Source: Gloeobacterales cyanobacterium (GTDB taxonomy: Bacteria; Cyanobacteriota; Cyanobacteriia; Gloeobacterales; PMM-0068). Taken from it: a stretch of DNA of 64,000 bases. Shown here in pieces: positions 30,275 through 40,144 of the stretch (position 1 is the stretch's first letter; every line of letters starts with the position of its first letter). A model generated the notes under the pieces. The model had not been told where the DNA came from, made no database searches, and saw only the letters and a program-made list of their open reading frames with translations. A program made the position numbers and the translations under genes. Location of the stretch: the NCBI GenBank assembly GCA_038245785.1, contig JBBRSB010000002.1, forward strand, positions 224,001 to 288,000, read 5' to 3'.

Positions 30275-31013
30275 GATCCTTACCTGAAATTTCTGGGCCT
30301 GCAATTTCTGCCAAAATTTTCAAGGCCATCTGTCGTGGCTGAGGATGTTGGGTAATCGGCCTACCTATTACCAGGTAATCAGCACCCTGCTCAATCGCTT
30401 CACCGGGCGTGAGGGTGCGCCGTTGGTCATCGGCATTGCTTCCGCTTGGACGAATTCCAGGAGTAACAATCAAAAAATCAGGTCCACAGGCCTGCCGGAC
30501 CAATTCAATTTCTTGAGGCGAACAAACAATCCCTGCTACTCCGCTCCGTCGGGCAAGTTCAGCCATTCGTACAACGTAGTCCGGTACGTCCAAATAAACA
30601 CTTAGCTCAGTGGACAAGGCCGATTGATCGATGCTTGTCAGTAGACTAACCGCCAGCAGCTTGGGACTAGGTTTGCCCGTCTTTTCCGAAAAACTTTGGA
30701 CAGCGGACACGGCAGCTTGCATCATCGCTTGTCCTCCACTGCTATGAATAGTCAAGAGGTCTACGCCCAAGTTGCAGACTTCCAGGCAAGCCTTGGCTAC
30801 AGTATTGGGAATATCGTGCAGCTTGAGGTCAAGAAAAACCCGTCCTCCTTGCTTTTTGACCTGAGCTACTCCTGCTGGACCGCTATGGATAAAAAGCTCT
30901 AAACCAATTTTCCAGAAATTGACTTCGGGGCTCAAGGACTGGATTACCGTTTCTGCAGCGGACATCTCTGAGAAATCTAAGGGAACAATGAGCTTTGTTT
31001 GTTCTGTACTCAA
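30261..31013 (-). CDS. pyrF: Orotidine-5'-phosphate decarboxylase
   Basis: FLDLKLHDIPNT, VTPGIRP, DDQ.R and VIGRPI. Confidence 0.97.
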   Translation of the reverse strand: MSTEQTKLIVPLDFSEMSAAETVIQSLSPEVNFWKIGLELFIHSGPAGVAQVKKQGGRVFLDLKLHDIPNTVAKACLEVCNLGVDLLTIHSSGGQAMMQAAVSAVQSFSEKTGKPSPKLLAVSLLTSIDQSALSTELSVYLDVPDYVVRMAELARRSGVAGIVCSPQEIELVRQACGPDFLIVTPGIRPSGSNADDQRRTLTPGEAIEQGADYLVIGRPITQHPQPRQMALKILAEIAGPEISGKDHAPS

Positions 31014-31203
31014 GACTACCTACCTGCTTTTGTGGAAATGAAGCTGATTTACTCTACTTTTTACGACTAAGTTCCTGTTTCCTCCAACATTCCGCCCAAC
31101 TTCATGCACAGAATAGTTTTTTCAAATAGAATTTCACATTTTCTTTAGAATTGAGTATACTTACATTAATCAAGTTAACAAAACTGCTTCAATATAGAAG
31201 TAT

Positions 31204-31764
31204 ATGTTTACAAGGTTTCGTTTCATCTCTGCCAGAAGTTCAAACCAAATTCAGGTAAAGCCTATGGGCTTAGCACAACGTGGGCAGGAGTATGTCTTAA
31301 TTCCCCTTATTAGTACCTACGTTTCCCCGCAGGAAACTCAGCATAACGATGTGGATTGGGGCCACGTGACTTATTTATTAGATGTGTATACTCCTTCTGT
31401 CGAAAGAGAATTCACTATTGGCCTGGGGGGTCTCCAAGGACTACATGTAACGCTTCCTCAGGGAATCCCTGATGATGCTATTCGTTGGGACATGGTTCGG
31501 GCCTTTGACCAGAATGGGAAATCCATAGATATCGAGTCTGTCAGGAGCAAAGATCAGGTGTTGACCGTGGAGCTTACGGAACCTCTTGCTCCAAGCGCCT
31601 ACCTGCGCCTCGAATGTAAGTATATGCCCACACCTGAGCCTTCCCGTAGAACTAACGTAGCAACATTCCCCCTTGTGAATTGCCGCTGGGGACGTTTTGA
31701 AACTACAGCCATTCTTTTCTTTGAGTCCAAGGACCGATTGGGAAAACGTCGTCACAGCGCATAG
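31204..31764 (+). CDS. Hypothetical protein, possible DUF2808-like beta domain
   Basis: VTLP...DQNGKSI...LTVELTEPLAP pattern. Confidence 0.5.
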   Translation: MFTRFRFISARSSNQIQVKPMGLAQRGQEYVLIPLISTYVSPQETQHNDVDWGHVTYLLDVYTPSVEREFTIGLGGLQGLHVTLPQGIPDDAIRWDMVRAFDQNGKSIDIESVRSKDQVLTVELTEPLAPSAYLRLECKYMPTPEPSRRTNVATFPLVNCRWGRFETTAILFFESKDRLGKRRHSA

Positions 31765-31790
31765 TTTATTAGATTCTTTCGCCCTACACC

Positions 31791-32090
31791 TCAAAACAGG
31801 CCAAAGCGCTTTGGTTGCGGGTGAAATTTTGGGTACATCATCGCTGGAACAGGTTTATTCCCTTCCAGATGTTCTTGCACGAGGACGGGCACTTCGCTGT
31901 AGTGCACGCGCGAATACCAGATTTGTTCAGGCATAACCAAAACCATAGGTCCGGAACCGCATTGGCCCAGACAGCCTGTGCCAGAAACCGTCACCTCAGA
32001 AATATCATAGGTTTGCAGGGCAGCCAGCACTTGAGCAGATCCGTCCTTCAAGCAAGTACGATTTTGACAAACCAGTACAGTTTTTTCCAC
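31791..32090 (-). CDS. Thioredoxin-like [2Fe-2S] ferredoxin
   Basis: VCQNRTC...GCLGQCGSGP...WY. Confidence 0.9.
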   Translation of the reverse strand: MEKTVLVCQNRTCLKDGSAQVLAALQTYDISEVTVSGTGCLGQCGSGPMVLVMPEQIWYSRVHYSEVPVLVQEHLEGNKPVPAMMYPKFHPQPKRFGLF

Positions 32091-32295
32091 AGCTTAGACA
32101 TCACCCATATATGCCTATAGTATGAACTACCTCTAGGAGGCGGGCATATCGCGCAGGGGGAATTGCGCGAGATCGTTAAAAGCAGCGACCCGCAGGGTTT
32201 CCTCTCGTCATCATTCCTTTACATACTCTTGCGCTTTAGTCCACACATCCGCTTTCTAGATTCAGTACTATGGATATAGATTCTCTGATGAACCG

Positions 32296-32574
32296 ATGCG
32301 CACTTTCTTTCTTGCTTTTGTGCTTTTGGGGTTGAGTATCGTCCCTGCTACCGCAGCAGAAAAACTTCAGCCTACTACTGTATCCCGCTCTTTTGTCTGT
32401 CTAGGAGAGCAGGTCGCAGATGCTCAAGCAGCTCCAAACGTACGGACTGTGACCGCTTCTGCTGCCAATGAAGAAGATGCTAAATATAAAGCTCATTTGG
32501 AAGCGACAGAGGTATGTAAAAAAGAAGGACAGCTCTACCGCTGGTCTGGAGATTGGAAGCTTGCTGGCTCCTAA
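32296..32574 (+). CDS. Small secreted hypothetical protein
   Basis: Signal peptide (ATA|AE) and two Cys. Confidence 0.6.
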   Translation: MRTFFLAFVLLGLSIVPATAAEKLQPTTVSRSFVCLGEQVADAQAAPNVRTVTASAANEEDAKYKAHLEATEVCKKEGQLYRWSGDWKLAGS

Positions 32575-32754
32575 TACACGTGCGGAAAAATCACTTAAAA
32601 ATTAACGTTCGGCTCAGTAATCTAGAACAAGTAAACATACTGCAACAATCCGTAGCAGGAATGTAGGATTTATCTATAATTCTTAGTAAGGGAAAGTCCT
32701 GCTTTTTCCTTGCTGGTTGATTGTAGGATTCCTCATACTTCTAAAGGTTGTGTT

Positions 32755-33060
32755 ATGGCCGACTTCAAAAAATACCGCTTTACATGCACACTCTCCTATG
32801 GAGATATCTACGGTCAGATTATCGTTTGGTTGGGGGTAATTTTTGTAAGTTTGGCTGCTGCTCTAGCGGGTATGGGCTCCAACAACCCTATATTTGCTCT
32901 AGTCACCGTAGGGCTGGTTTGGGTAGTGTCTCTACCGTTCTTGCTTTTCGCCTTTGTAACTACGCTGTTTAATCACATTGAGATTGCCACCGTAGAGGAG
33001 CAAGAGGAAGTATCAACTTCTACGGCCGTATTTTCGAGAGTGCAACCTCAGGGTGAGTGA
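32755..33060 (+). CDS. Conserved cyanobacterial two-TM hypothetical protein
   Basis: KYRFTCTLSYGDIYGQIIVW...PFLLFAFVTTLFNHI. Confidence 0.8.
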   Translation: MADFKKYRFTCTLSYGDIYGQIIVWLGVIFVSLAAALAGMGSNNPIFALVTVGLVWVVSLPFLLFAFVTTLFNHIEIATVEEQEEVSTSTAVFSRVQPQGE

Positions 33061-33149
33061 GTCGTCTCAATCTAAGCCGATCTGTTTTACTTAGGGGCGA
33101 GTCATCGGCGATGATACGCTAGTGTGAAAATTTTAGGAAATAGCGTTTC

Positions 33150-33626
33150 ATGGCAGAACTGGAACAGGCTCCGAGCGTTGTGGATGAGCCCGTCGCTTGC
33201 GACTGGCTTTTGCAAATCTTAATTAGTGTTACCAATAGTACAGGCATCCCTTGTCCTGTAACCCTCAATGTGGGCGGCCTTCTGGTGTCTGGAGAATTGG
33301 TGGGCGGTCTTCAATATTTTGAAGAATTTGCTCAGAAGATAGGTTCTGCTGTAAAAGAATCAGAACGGGAAGAAATAGAAACCATGTTCCGAGAAATGGG
33401 ACAAAGCTTTTATCCTAAAGAAAAAGCTCCAGATGCCCAACCACCACCTAATCCCCATTTTGTTCATTTAAAGAATGTAAAAATCTTCAACCCAGAAGGG
33501 CTTCCTTTTCCTTCTAACGACGGATCTTTCTGGCGTGGTCGCGTAGAAGCTGTCGATGGGTTTATGTTAGGTTCTCTGACACCCAAAATTGGCAGTATGG
33601 ATGCTGTAGAGCTTGTAGAAGACTAG
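33150..33626 (+). CDS. GvpU-like protein
   Basis: DWLLQ..., VTLNVGGLLVSGEL, FVHLKN and WRGRVEAVDGFMLG. Confidence 0.75.
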   Translation: MAELEQAPSVVDEPVACDWLLQILISVTNSTGIPCPVTLNVGGLLVSGELVGGLQYFEEFAQKIGSAVKESEREEIETMFREMGQSFYPKEKAPDAQPPPNPHFVHLKNVKIFNPEGLPFPSNDGSFWRGRVEAVDGFMLGSLTPKIGSMDAVELVED

Positions 33627-33659
33627 TCCAGAAATCGAAACCAGCTGAATCAGAACTTT

Positions 33660-34835
33660 CTATCGCTCAGACCATAAGTGATCAAATTCCTGTCCAAACC
33701 TTTGGCTCATTGCTTTGTTGTTATGGACAATTAACAGATTCTCATCATTGCGGGTGTTAGCCCCGTTGGAGAAATTAAAAGAGCCAAAAGCTACGGTAGG
33801 AGTATCGCTATCTCGGTCAATCAGCATTACTTTGTGATGCATCATATAGAGATTAGTATCTTCCCGCATATCTGCTCCCAAAGAAGATAAACGCAAAAAA
33901 CTAGAATACGTAGAGTTCTGCTTTTTTTCAAAGATTCCACGGACAGCCACGCCTTGGGCCATATCCTGCTGTAGTATTTTTTCAAGAGCTTTGGCCGTGA
34001 AGCTAAAGGCCAAAATGTCTACCGAATATTTTGCTTCCGCTAAAGTATTTTCCAAAGCAGTAAGCGGTTGGTCTTCTGGACTAAAGTAGGTTTCAAGGAT
34101 AGTGCCATCTTTGAGTTGTATTTTGGGATAAGGCGTTTGGGGCACCTTCATCGGACCAAATTTACCAGACCAAAGTTGTTCAAATTCGATCTGATAGTTA
34201 TCGATAAGCTGAGCGATAGCTGGGTCTTTCTGGCTATCCCAAAAAATGAAATTGTTATTATTGCGCTGTGTACAGTTGCGGGTGAGGTTCATCGACCCCA
34301 TACCTAAGACTTCTCCATCAATAATCAAAAATTTGTCATGCATCAATCCTCTATTCTCTTCCCCATCATCTTCTACTGGAATTCCTTGTTGTTCTAGATT
34401 TTGCAACAGGGCTTTCTGACGATTGCTATGTTCTGTGACAATGCGTATCTGGACTCCTCTGTACTTAGCCTGGCTAATCGCTTCAGCGATGGTCTGATTA
34501 TTCAATTCATAAGCTGCTATATCTAGACTAACTTTTGCCTGATTAATATGTTGAGCAACAGTCTCTCCGATTGGATCTAAACTGTCATTTTGACTGGTTT
34601 TATTGGGGTCGGTGAATAATAAAGTATAGAGTTGATTATTGTTTGACTGAGTAGCTTGAGAACTATTAGTTTGAGTACATCCACTCAATAGCCCAGACAG
34701 GCCAATGGCTAAAAGTGCTCCCAGAACGAGACGGTGCTGAGGGAAATTAAAAAGCTGAAAAAAGGATAGCCAGATTTTCCCCTCGCGATCTTTAACTTGT
34801 TGATTTCTCACTCCTGCTTCTCTGGGAAGAACCAA
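33660..34835 (-). CDS. Phospholipase D-family (Nuc-like) probable lipoprotein (start uncertain)
   Basis: Two HKD motifs (MHDKFLIID, MHHKVMLID) and lipobox LSGC. Confidence 0.88.
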   Translation of the reverse strand: MVLPREAGVRNQQVKDREGKIWLSFFQLFNFPQHRLVLGALLAIGLSGLLSGCTQTNSSQATQSNNNQLYTLLFTDPNKTSQNDSLDPIGETVAQHINQAKVSLDIAAYELNNQTIAEAISQAKYRGVQIRIVTEHSNRQKALLQNLEQQGIPVEDDGEENRGLMHDKFLIIDGEVLGMGSMNLTRNCTQRNNNNFIFWDSQKDPAIAQLIDNYQIEFEQLWSGKFGPMKVPQTPYPKIQLKDGTILETYFSPEDQPLTALENTLAEAKYSVDILAFSFTAKALEKILQQDMAQGVAVRGIFEKKQNSTYSSFLRLSSLGADMREDTNLYMMHHKVMLIDRDSDTPTVAFGSFNFSNGANTRNDENLLIVHNNKAMSQRFGQEFDHLWSER

Positions 34836-34931
34836 GATCCAATGTTCCCTCCGCAGGGATTAATTTACCATTTCTGAGGTTTAGGAGCCTTCGCTGGTGC
34901 AGGTGCTGGCACGGGTACTATAGGGTCCAGA

Positions 34932-35765
34932 TTATTGGGGTTTCTGTCGAGATTGTTGCACTTGTTGGATCTGTTGTGCTGGTGGGGTCTGCGGTATTGG
35001 AGAAGCGGCTGTCTCCGCTTTTGAAAATTCTTTAAATGCTTCAGTATATTGTGCAGCTAGCTTCTGTCTTGTGACATCAGTAAAGGCGGTGGTACTCGTA
35101 AACTTGAAGCCATTAATGACTACTTCAGAGGTTTCTATAGGATACATAATGTCTTTGTTATTGTCGTTGTGGCCTAATCCCAAAGCATGACCGAGTTCAT
35201 GGGTGGCCACTAATTCGATTTCACTAGCACCTGCGGGTCCCACTTTGCGGTCTGTCTGGATACCAATAAATGGAATATAGCTGGTCGTGACTCGATTGAC
35301 GATTAATGTAATTTCAGATTTGCTAAATTGGCGAAATTTCCCTTCATCATTGCTGGACCTTAAGATAAAGGATCTTTCGAACCCAACTTGTTCTCCATTC
35401 TTATCGAGTTCCCAGCCAATCAAAACATTAGCATTGTTTTGGTCTTCAGTCTCTTGAAAAATAGGTTTGCCATTGAGACCTGTTGCATTCCAGGCTTCTA
35501 GCCCTTTGCGTATAGCTGCCTTATACTCTTCTTGTTTCTGCGCTTCTTTTTCCGGTAAGGGCTGGATAAATACTTTTAGCGGGAAAGCTTTTTCTGGCCA
35601 AGCTTTTGGCTGTTTGTAGTCCGTCCATTTAGTTTCTCTAGGAGCTTCTTGATAACTTTTGGGCGCTGCAAGCAGTGAGGACGAACTGAGTAAACTGGTT
35701 AAGATGATAGACAGAAGAACGGTCATCAGCGGCTTTTCCCTGTTCAAGTAAATCCGGTGAGTCAT
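34932..35765 (-). CDS. Matrixin (M10) metalloprotease, copy 1
   Basis: Signal peptide, HELGHALGLGH and Met-turn DIMYP. Confidence 0.9.
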   Translation of the reverse strand: MTHRIYLNREKPLMTVLLSIILTSLLSSSSLLAAPKSYQEAPRETKWTDYKQPKAWPEKAFPLKVFIQPLPEKEAQKQEEYKAAIRKGLEAWNATGLNGKPIFQETEDQNNANVLIGWELDKNGEQVGFERSFILRSSNDEGKFRQFSKSEITLIVNRVTTSYIPFIGIQTDRKVGPAGASEIELVATHELGHALGLGHNDNNKDIMYPIETSEVVINGFKFTSTTAFTDVTRQKLAAQYTEAFKEFSKAETAASPIPQTPPAQQIQQVQQSRQKPQ

Positions 35766-35844
35766 TAGTGCATCCTGTATTCATTCATAGGTTCTAAGTT
35801 TAGTATGGCTAGGTAGCAATTCCCTTAAAATCAATCATAGAAGA

Positions 35845-35925
35845 GATTTACGCGGATATGAAGGGAATTAAAACTGGCTAGATACGTCGCCTGATTCATG
35901 TATCTCGTTGTTCTCTAACTCGTTG
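35845..35925 (+). pseudogene. Degenerate copy of the hflX 5' end
   Basis: ATAGAAGAGATTTACGCGGATATGAAGGGAATTAAAACTGGC... aligns to 37701 onward and contains a stop. Confidence 0.7.
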
Positions 35926-36060
35926 ATCTACAACGATTTTTCCTAACAACTCAATATGATGAGTATAAAAGCTCGAGATGGCTCAGTTCGTTTAGCTTAA
36001 TTGATTGCTTTAAACATCAGGATTACAATATCCAAGCTTTCCTAAAAAGGCGTCACTCTA

Positions 36061-36978
36061 CTACTTTTGTCGCTTAGCAGCTTTCGTCGATATCGGTATT
36101 TGCATAGGTATGATCGGGACTAGCTTACTGGGTTTTGCTTGGGGCTTCTTTTGAGCCGCTGGGACTTGTTGGATCTGTGATGCTGATGGAGCCTGAGGTG
36201 CAGGAGAAGTAGCTGTCACGGCTCGCAAAGAATCTTGGAGGGCTTCATCATAGTGGGCGGCTAGCTTTTGTCTTGTGACATCCGTAAAAGTCGTAGTGTT
36301 TGTAAACTTGAAACCACTAATAACGACTTCAGAGGTTTCTGCGGGATACATAATATCTTTGCTGTTGTCGTTGTGACCCAATCCTAAAGTATGACCGAGT
36401 TCATGGGTGGCCACTATTTCGATTTCACCGGCGCCTGCGGACCCCACAGTACGGTCTGTCTGGAAACCAATAAAAGGAACGTAGTTGGTCGTGACACGAT
36501 TGACAATCAAAGTGATTTCAGACCTGTTAAACCTGCGAAACTTCTCATTGCTATTGATAGGTCTTATAGTGAAGGATCGTTCAAATCCAACTCGTTCTCC
36601 ATCTACATCTAGCGCCCAACCAATCAAAACATTAGCGTTGTTTTGGTCTTCAGTCTCTTGAAAGATAGGTTTACCATTGAGACCTGTTGCATTCCAGGCT
36701 TCCATTCCCTTGCGTATGGCTGCTTTGTATTCTTCTTGCTTTTGTGCTGCTTTTTCTGGTAAGGGTTGAATAAATACTTTTAAGGGAAAAGCTGTTTCTG
36801 GCCATGCTTTGGGTTCTTTATACTCCGTCCACTTAGTCTCTTTAGAACCTTCCTGATGACTTTTGGGGGCTGCAAGCAGTGAGGATGTACTGAGCAAACT
36901 GGTAAAGCCGATGGACAGAAGAGCAGTTATCAGCGGTTTTTTCCAGTCCAGGCTAATCCAGTGAATCATAGGTAGCAC
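36061..36978 (-). CDS. Matrixin (M10) metalloprotease, copy 2
   Basis: HELGHTLGLGH and DIMYP; highly similar to copy 1. Confidence 0.9.
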   Translation of the reverse strand: MLPMIHWISLDWKKPLITALLSIGFTSLLSTSSLLAAPKSHQEGSKETKWTEYKEPKAWPETAFPLKVFIQPLPEKAAQKQEEYKAAIRKGMEAWNATGLNGKPIFQETEDQNNANVLIGWALDVDGERVGFERSFTIRPINSNEKFRRFNRSEITLIVNRVTTNYVPFIGFQTDRTVGSAGAGEIEIVATHELGHTLGLGHNDNSKDIMYPAETSEVVISGFKFTNTTTFTDVTRQKLAAHYDEALQDSLRAVTATSPAPQAPSASQIQQVPAAQKKPQAKPSKLVPIIPMQIPISTKAAKRQK

Positions 36979-37039
36979 CCTGCATGCCTTTACGAGTTCT
37001 TAATCTATTATGACTATGTAGAGATTCCCTTGGAACAAG

Positions 37040-37212
37040 CCGTAGAAAAGCTTTACAGGCATACTATAAGGGAGTCAAAAATGACCAGTTGTATCTTCTA
37101 AGACATCTGTATTGCCACACCCTTCCTGGTGATATATGTACAGCTTCAGAAGTCCAGCGTCTTGCGGCGCTGAACACACAGCGCAAGGTGCCTCTCTGTG
37201 TTTATTCCAATC
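37040..37212 (+). pseudogene. Degenerate, frameshifted copy of the hflX 5' end
   Basis: GTAGAAAAGCTTTACAGG...CATCTGTATTGCC...CAGCGTCTTGCGGCGCTGA...AAGGTGCCTCTCTGTGTTTAT aligns to 37701-37870. Confidence 0.75.
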
Positions 37213-37337
37213 TGCAGCCTAGCCTGCGCTACGAGAAACTAAGAGTCTGAAAAAGAGGCTTGTCCGACTTTCTTCCTGCGACCGATTAATTTCTCTGGAA
37301 AGAACCAAGATCTAATGTTCCCTGGGCAGACGTCAAC

Positions 37338-37637
37338 TTACCATTTCTGGTGCTTAAAAGTTTTTACGGGAGGGGTCTGTGCCGATGCGTCCGGTTTTGC
37401 TTGAGACTCCTGTTGCGTCTGAGGTACTTGTTCAACTGGTGGCACTTGTTGAACTGGTTGAGTTGCTGGAGTTTGTTGTGCCTGTGGTAATTGTTGTACT
37501 TTTTGAGCCTCTTTATAGCCTTTGGATGCGGCAAATGAGGGGACCATACTGAGTGCACTGGTCAAGCTGATAGATAGCAGACTGCTCAACAGAAATGTTT
37601 TCCAATCCACGTTCCACCGACGAATCATAGGAAGCAC
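37338..37637 (-). CDS. Matrixin paralog lacking the protease domain (signal peptide + Q/P-rich tail)
   Basis: N-terminus MLPMIRRWNVDWK matches copy 2 (MLPMIHWISLDWK); no HExxH. Confidence 0.7.
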   Translation of the reverse strand: MLPMIRRWNVDWKTFLLSSLLSISLTSALSMVPSFAASKGYKEAQKVQQLPQAQQTPATQPVQQVPPVEQVPQTQQESQAKPDASAQTPPVKTFKHQKW

Positions 37638-37700
37638 CCTGTATTTTTTATTAGGTTCTTAGACTAGTATGGCTATGTAGAGGTTCCGTTAGAATAAGCC

Positions 37701-39419
37701 ATAGAAAAGATTTACGGGGATATTAAGGGAATTAAAAACGACCAGGTGCGCCGTCTGAGCCATCTGTATCGCCGCTCCCTTCCGGCTGATGTATTTACAA
37801 CTCCAGAATTTGCCCAGCGCCTTGCAGCGCTGAGTGCGGAGCTTAAGGTGCCTCTGTGCGTCTATGTTAATCGTCGGGGACAGATTGTTAAAGTGGCCGT
37901 GGGCACCCCTCACCAGACCCAATTTGCACCCCATGAGCTGCCTCGACAAGGGGCCGAACGACTCTCTGGCCTGCGCTGCCTTTCTACGCAGCTGCATACG
38001 GGCGAACCTCCAAAGTCAGCGCTAACTGCGCTTGCGATGCAACGTTTGGATGCGCTGGTCAGTCTGAGCGTCTCTTCGGAAGGACGTAAGCGTACCAGTG
38101 CGGCTCCTACAGGCTTTGTGCAGGAGGTATATCTGGCGCATTTGGTGGCAGACCCGATGCGCTGGTCCGTGGCTAGCGTGGACTCTCTGAACGAGTTGTC
38201 AGCCCAAGACCTAGAGACCTTTATTCGAGATTTAGAAACCGCTTTTGCCGCTCAAGATGCCCTAAGAGCAGTGGATAGGGACCTGGAGAGAGCACTGCTC
38301 GTCGGCGTATTCTCTCCCGAGATCCAAGAACAAGCCCTGCTGGATGAAATGGCGGAACTGGAAGAGTTGGTCCGAAGCGCTGGTGGGCAAGTCCTCGATA
38401 GTTTTTGGCAAAAAAGAGAACGGCCCCATCCGGCTACTTTTATTGGCGAAGGGAAAGTAACGGAGGTCGCCTTGGCGGCTCAGGAACAGGGGGCCAACCT
38501 GATTATTTTTGGCAAGGACCTCACCCCTTCCCAAGGCCGCAACTTAGAAAGCGCCATTGGCGTTCGGGTAGTAGACCGTACACAGTTAATTTTGGATATT
38601 TTTGCCCGTAGAGCTCGCTCTCACGAGGGTAAGCTCCAGGTCGAGTTGGCCCAGATGGAATATCTACTCCCCCGGCTATCCGGAAGTGGACTAGGATTAT
38701 CTCGTCTAGGTGGCGGTATTGGTACCCGTGGACCTGGAGAAACCAAGCTAGAAACTGACCGACGAGCTATTCGTGGGCGGATTGCCAAACTGGAACAGCA
38801 GGTTACGCGACTACAAGCACACCGCAGTCGTCTAAGACATCGTCGTCAAGGGAAAGACCTCCCCGTTTTCGCTTTGGTTGGTTATACCAACGCGGGGAAA
38901 TCAACTTTGCTTAATCGGCTAACAGAATCAGAAGTATACGTAGCGGACCAACTGTTTGCCACCCTAGATCCTACGACGCGTCGTCTGGACCTCAAGCAGG
39001 AAAGGAGGGTCACGACGGTACTGCTCACCGATACGGTAGGCTTTGTTCATGACTTGCCCAAGCCTCTAGTTAATGCCTTTCGCGCCACTCTAGAGGAAGT
39101 TACAGAGGCAGATTTCCTGCTGCATGTAGTAGATCTTTCCAATCCTTCTTGGCCACAGCATATCGAAGCGGTGGAATTGATTCTCTCCCAGATGCCTGTG
39201 GTCTGCGGCCCTACCCAATTAATCTTTAATAAGGTGGATTTGGTGGCCCCTCAAGAACTAAGTCTTGCTCTGGAAGCTTATCCCCAAGCTGTCTTTGTCT
39301 CTGCTGCGACAGGAACAGGCATTTCCAAACTACAGAAGGCCTTAATCAGCTGGGCACAGACAGAAACAGAATATGTCAGCGTTCCAGATACTCTCCTAGA
39401 AGCCGTTTTTCCTTCATAG
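37701..39419 (+). CDS. hflX: GTPase HflX (probable non-canonical ATA start)
   Basis: GYTNAGKS, DQLFATLDPT, DTVGF and NKVD. The conserved cyanobacterial N-terminus xEKIYGDIKGIK begins at ATA 37701, just after an in-frame TAA. Confidence 0.93.
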   Translation: MEKIYGDIKGIKNDQVRRLSHLYRRSLPADVFTTPEFAQRLAALSAELKVPLCVYVNRRGQIVKVAVGTPHQTQFAPHELPRQGAERLSGLRCLSTQLHTGEPPKSALTALAMQRLDALVSLSVSSEGRKRTSAAPTGFVQEVYLAHLVADPMRWSVASVDSLNELSAQDLETFIRDLETAFAAQDALRAVDRDLERALLVGVFSPEIQEQALLDEMAELEELVRSAGGQVLDSFWQKRERPHPATFIGEGKVTEVALAAQEQGANLIIFGKDLTPSQGRNLESAIGVRVVDRTQLILDIFARRARSHEGKLQVELAQMEYLLPRLSGSGLGLSRLGGGIGTRGPGETKLETDRRAIRGRIAKLEQQVTRLQAHRSRLRHRRQGKDLPVFALVGYTNAGKSTLLNRLTESEVYVADQLFATLDPTTRRLDLKQERRVTTVLLTDTVGFVHDLPKPLVNAFRATLEEVTEADFLLHVVDLSNPSWPQHIEAVELILSQMPVVCGPTQLIFNKVDLVAPQELSLALEAYPQAVFVSAATGTGISKLQKALISWAQTETEYVSVPDTLLEAVFPS

Positions 39420-39529
39420 TCAAAAGTTGCGCCTATAAAAACACCTAATTTGGAGCTTTCCAAACTAGGTGCCAGTGCATTAACTTTCTTAAGGGAATTA
39501 TTTTTGAGTTAGTTAGCGGCCGAAGCGGG

Positions 39530-39928
39530 CTAAGCAACTTCTTGAATGGCCTCAGCCTCTGATTTGCAAATGGTGAACTTGGCATCAATACCTGCTGCGA
39601 TTAGAGCTTCCTTAACTTCAGCGCACAGACCAAACAGGGTTAGTATTCTGCCAAAGGCATGACTCATCCGCAACGCCGTATTCAGAACGCGAACTCCATC
39701 ACTATCGATAGAGGTAACATTCGTAAAGTCAATAATCAGATTAATCTTCTTACGGGCAATGCTGCCTAATATCTTCTCTTCAATGATGCGGCTAGCCTTA
39801 TGCGTAATTGTACCTTTTAGTCTAATCACATCTCGAGGGGAGCTATAGGTATAATTGCCGTTTTTGAGAAAGTTCACTTGTCTGAACTGAAGAACTTTTG
39901 CTCTTGGTTTTTCAAATGACATCACCAT
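39530..39928 (-). CDS. STAS-domain anti-sigma factor antagonist
   Basis: LIIDFTNVTSIDSDGV motif. Confidence 0.82.
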   Translation of the reverse strand: MVMSFEKPRAKVLQFRQVNFLKNGNYTYSSPRDVIRLKGTITHKASRIIEEKILGSIARKKINLIIDFTNVTSIDSDGVRVLNTALRMSHAFGRILTLFGLCAEVKEALIAAGIDAKFTICKSEAEAIQEVA

Positions 39929-40144
39929 GGCGTTCCTTGCGGTGCTCTTACTTAAAGCTTACATCCTAACTATAAATTCAACGTTAAGATATCGCATCAG
40001 TGTGCACACGGGAAGTAAAACACTTGTCATCTCAGTGATATTAGCGGGTTGTAGGATGTTAGATTGGCCTTGGTTTTGGGTAGCGCTGCATGTTAACATG
40101 AATAAGCTCTTTTCCCATCCTGAATTAGGTTCAGCGTTTATCTT

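Noticed and set aside
33150..33626. GvpU-like gene taken as evidence for gas vesicles
   Set aside because: No gvpA/gvpN or other gvp genes are nearby, and this family often occurs alone.
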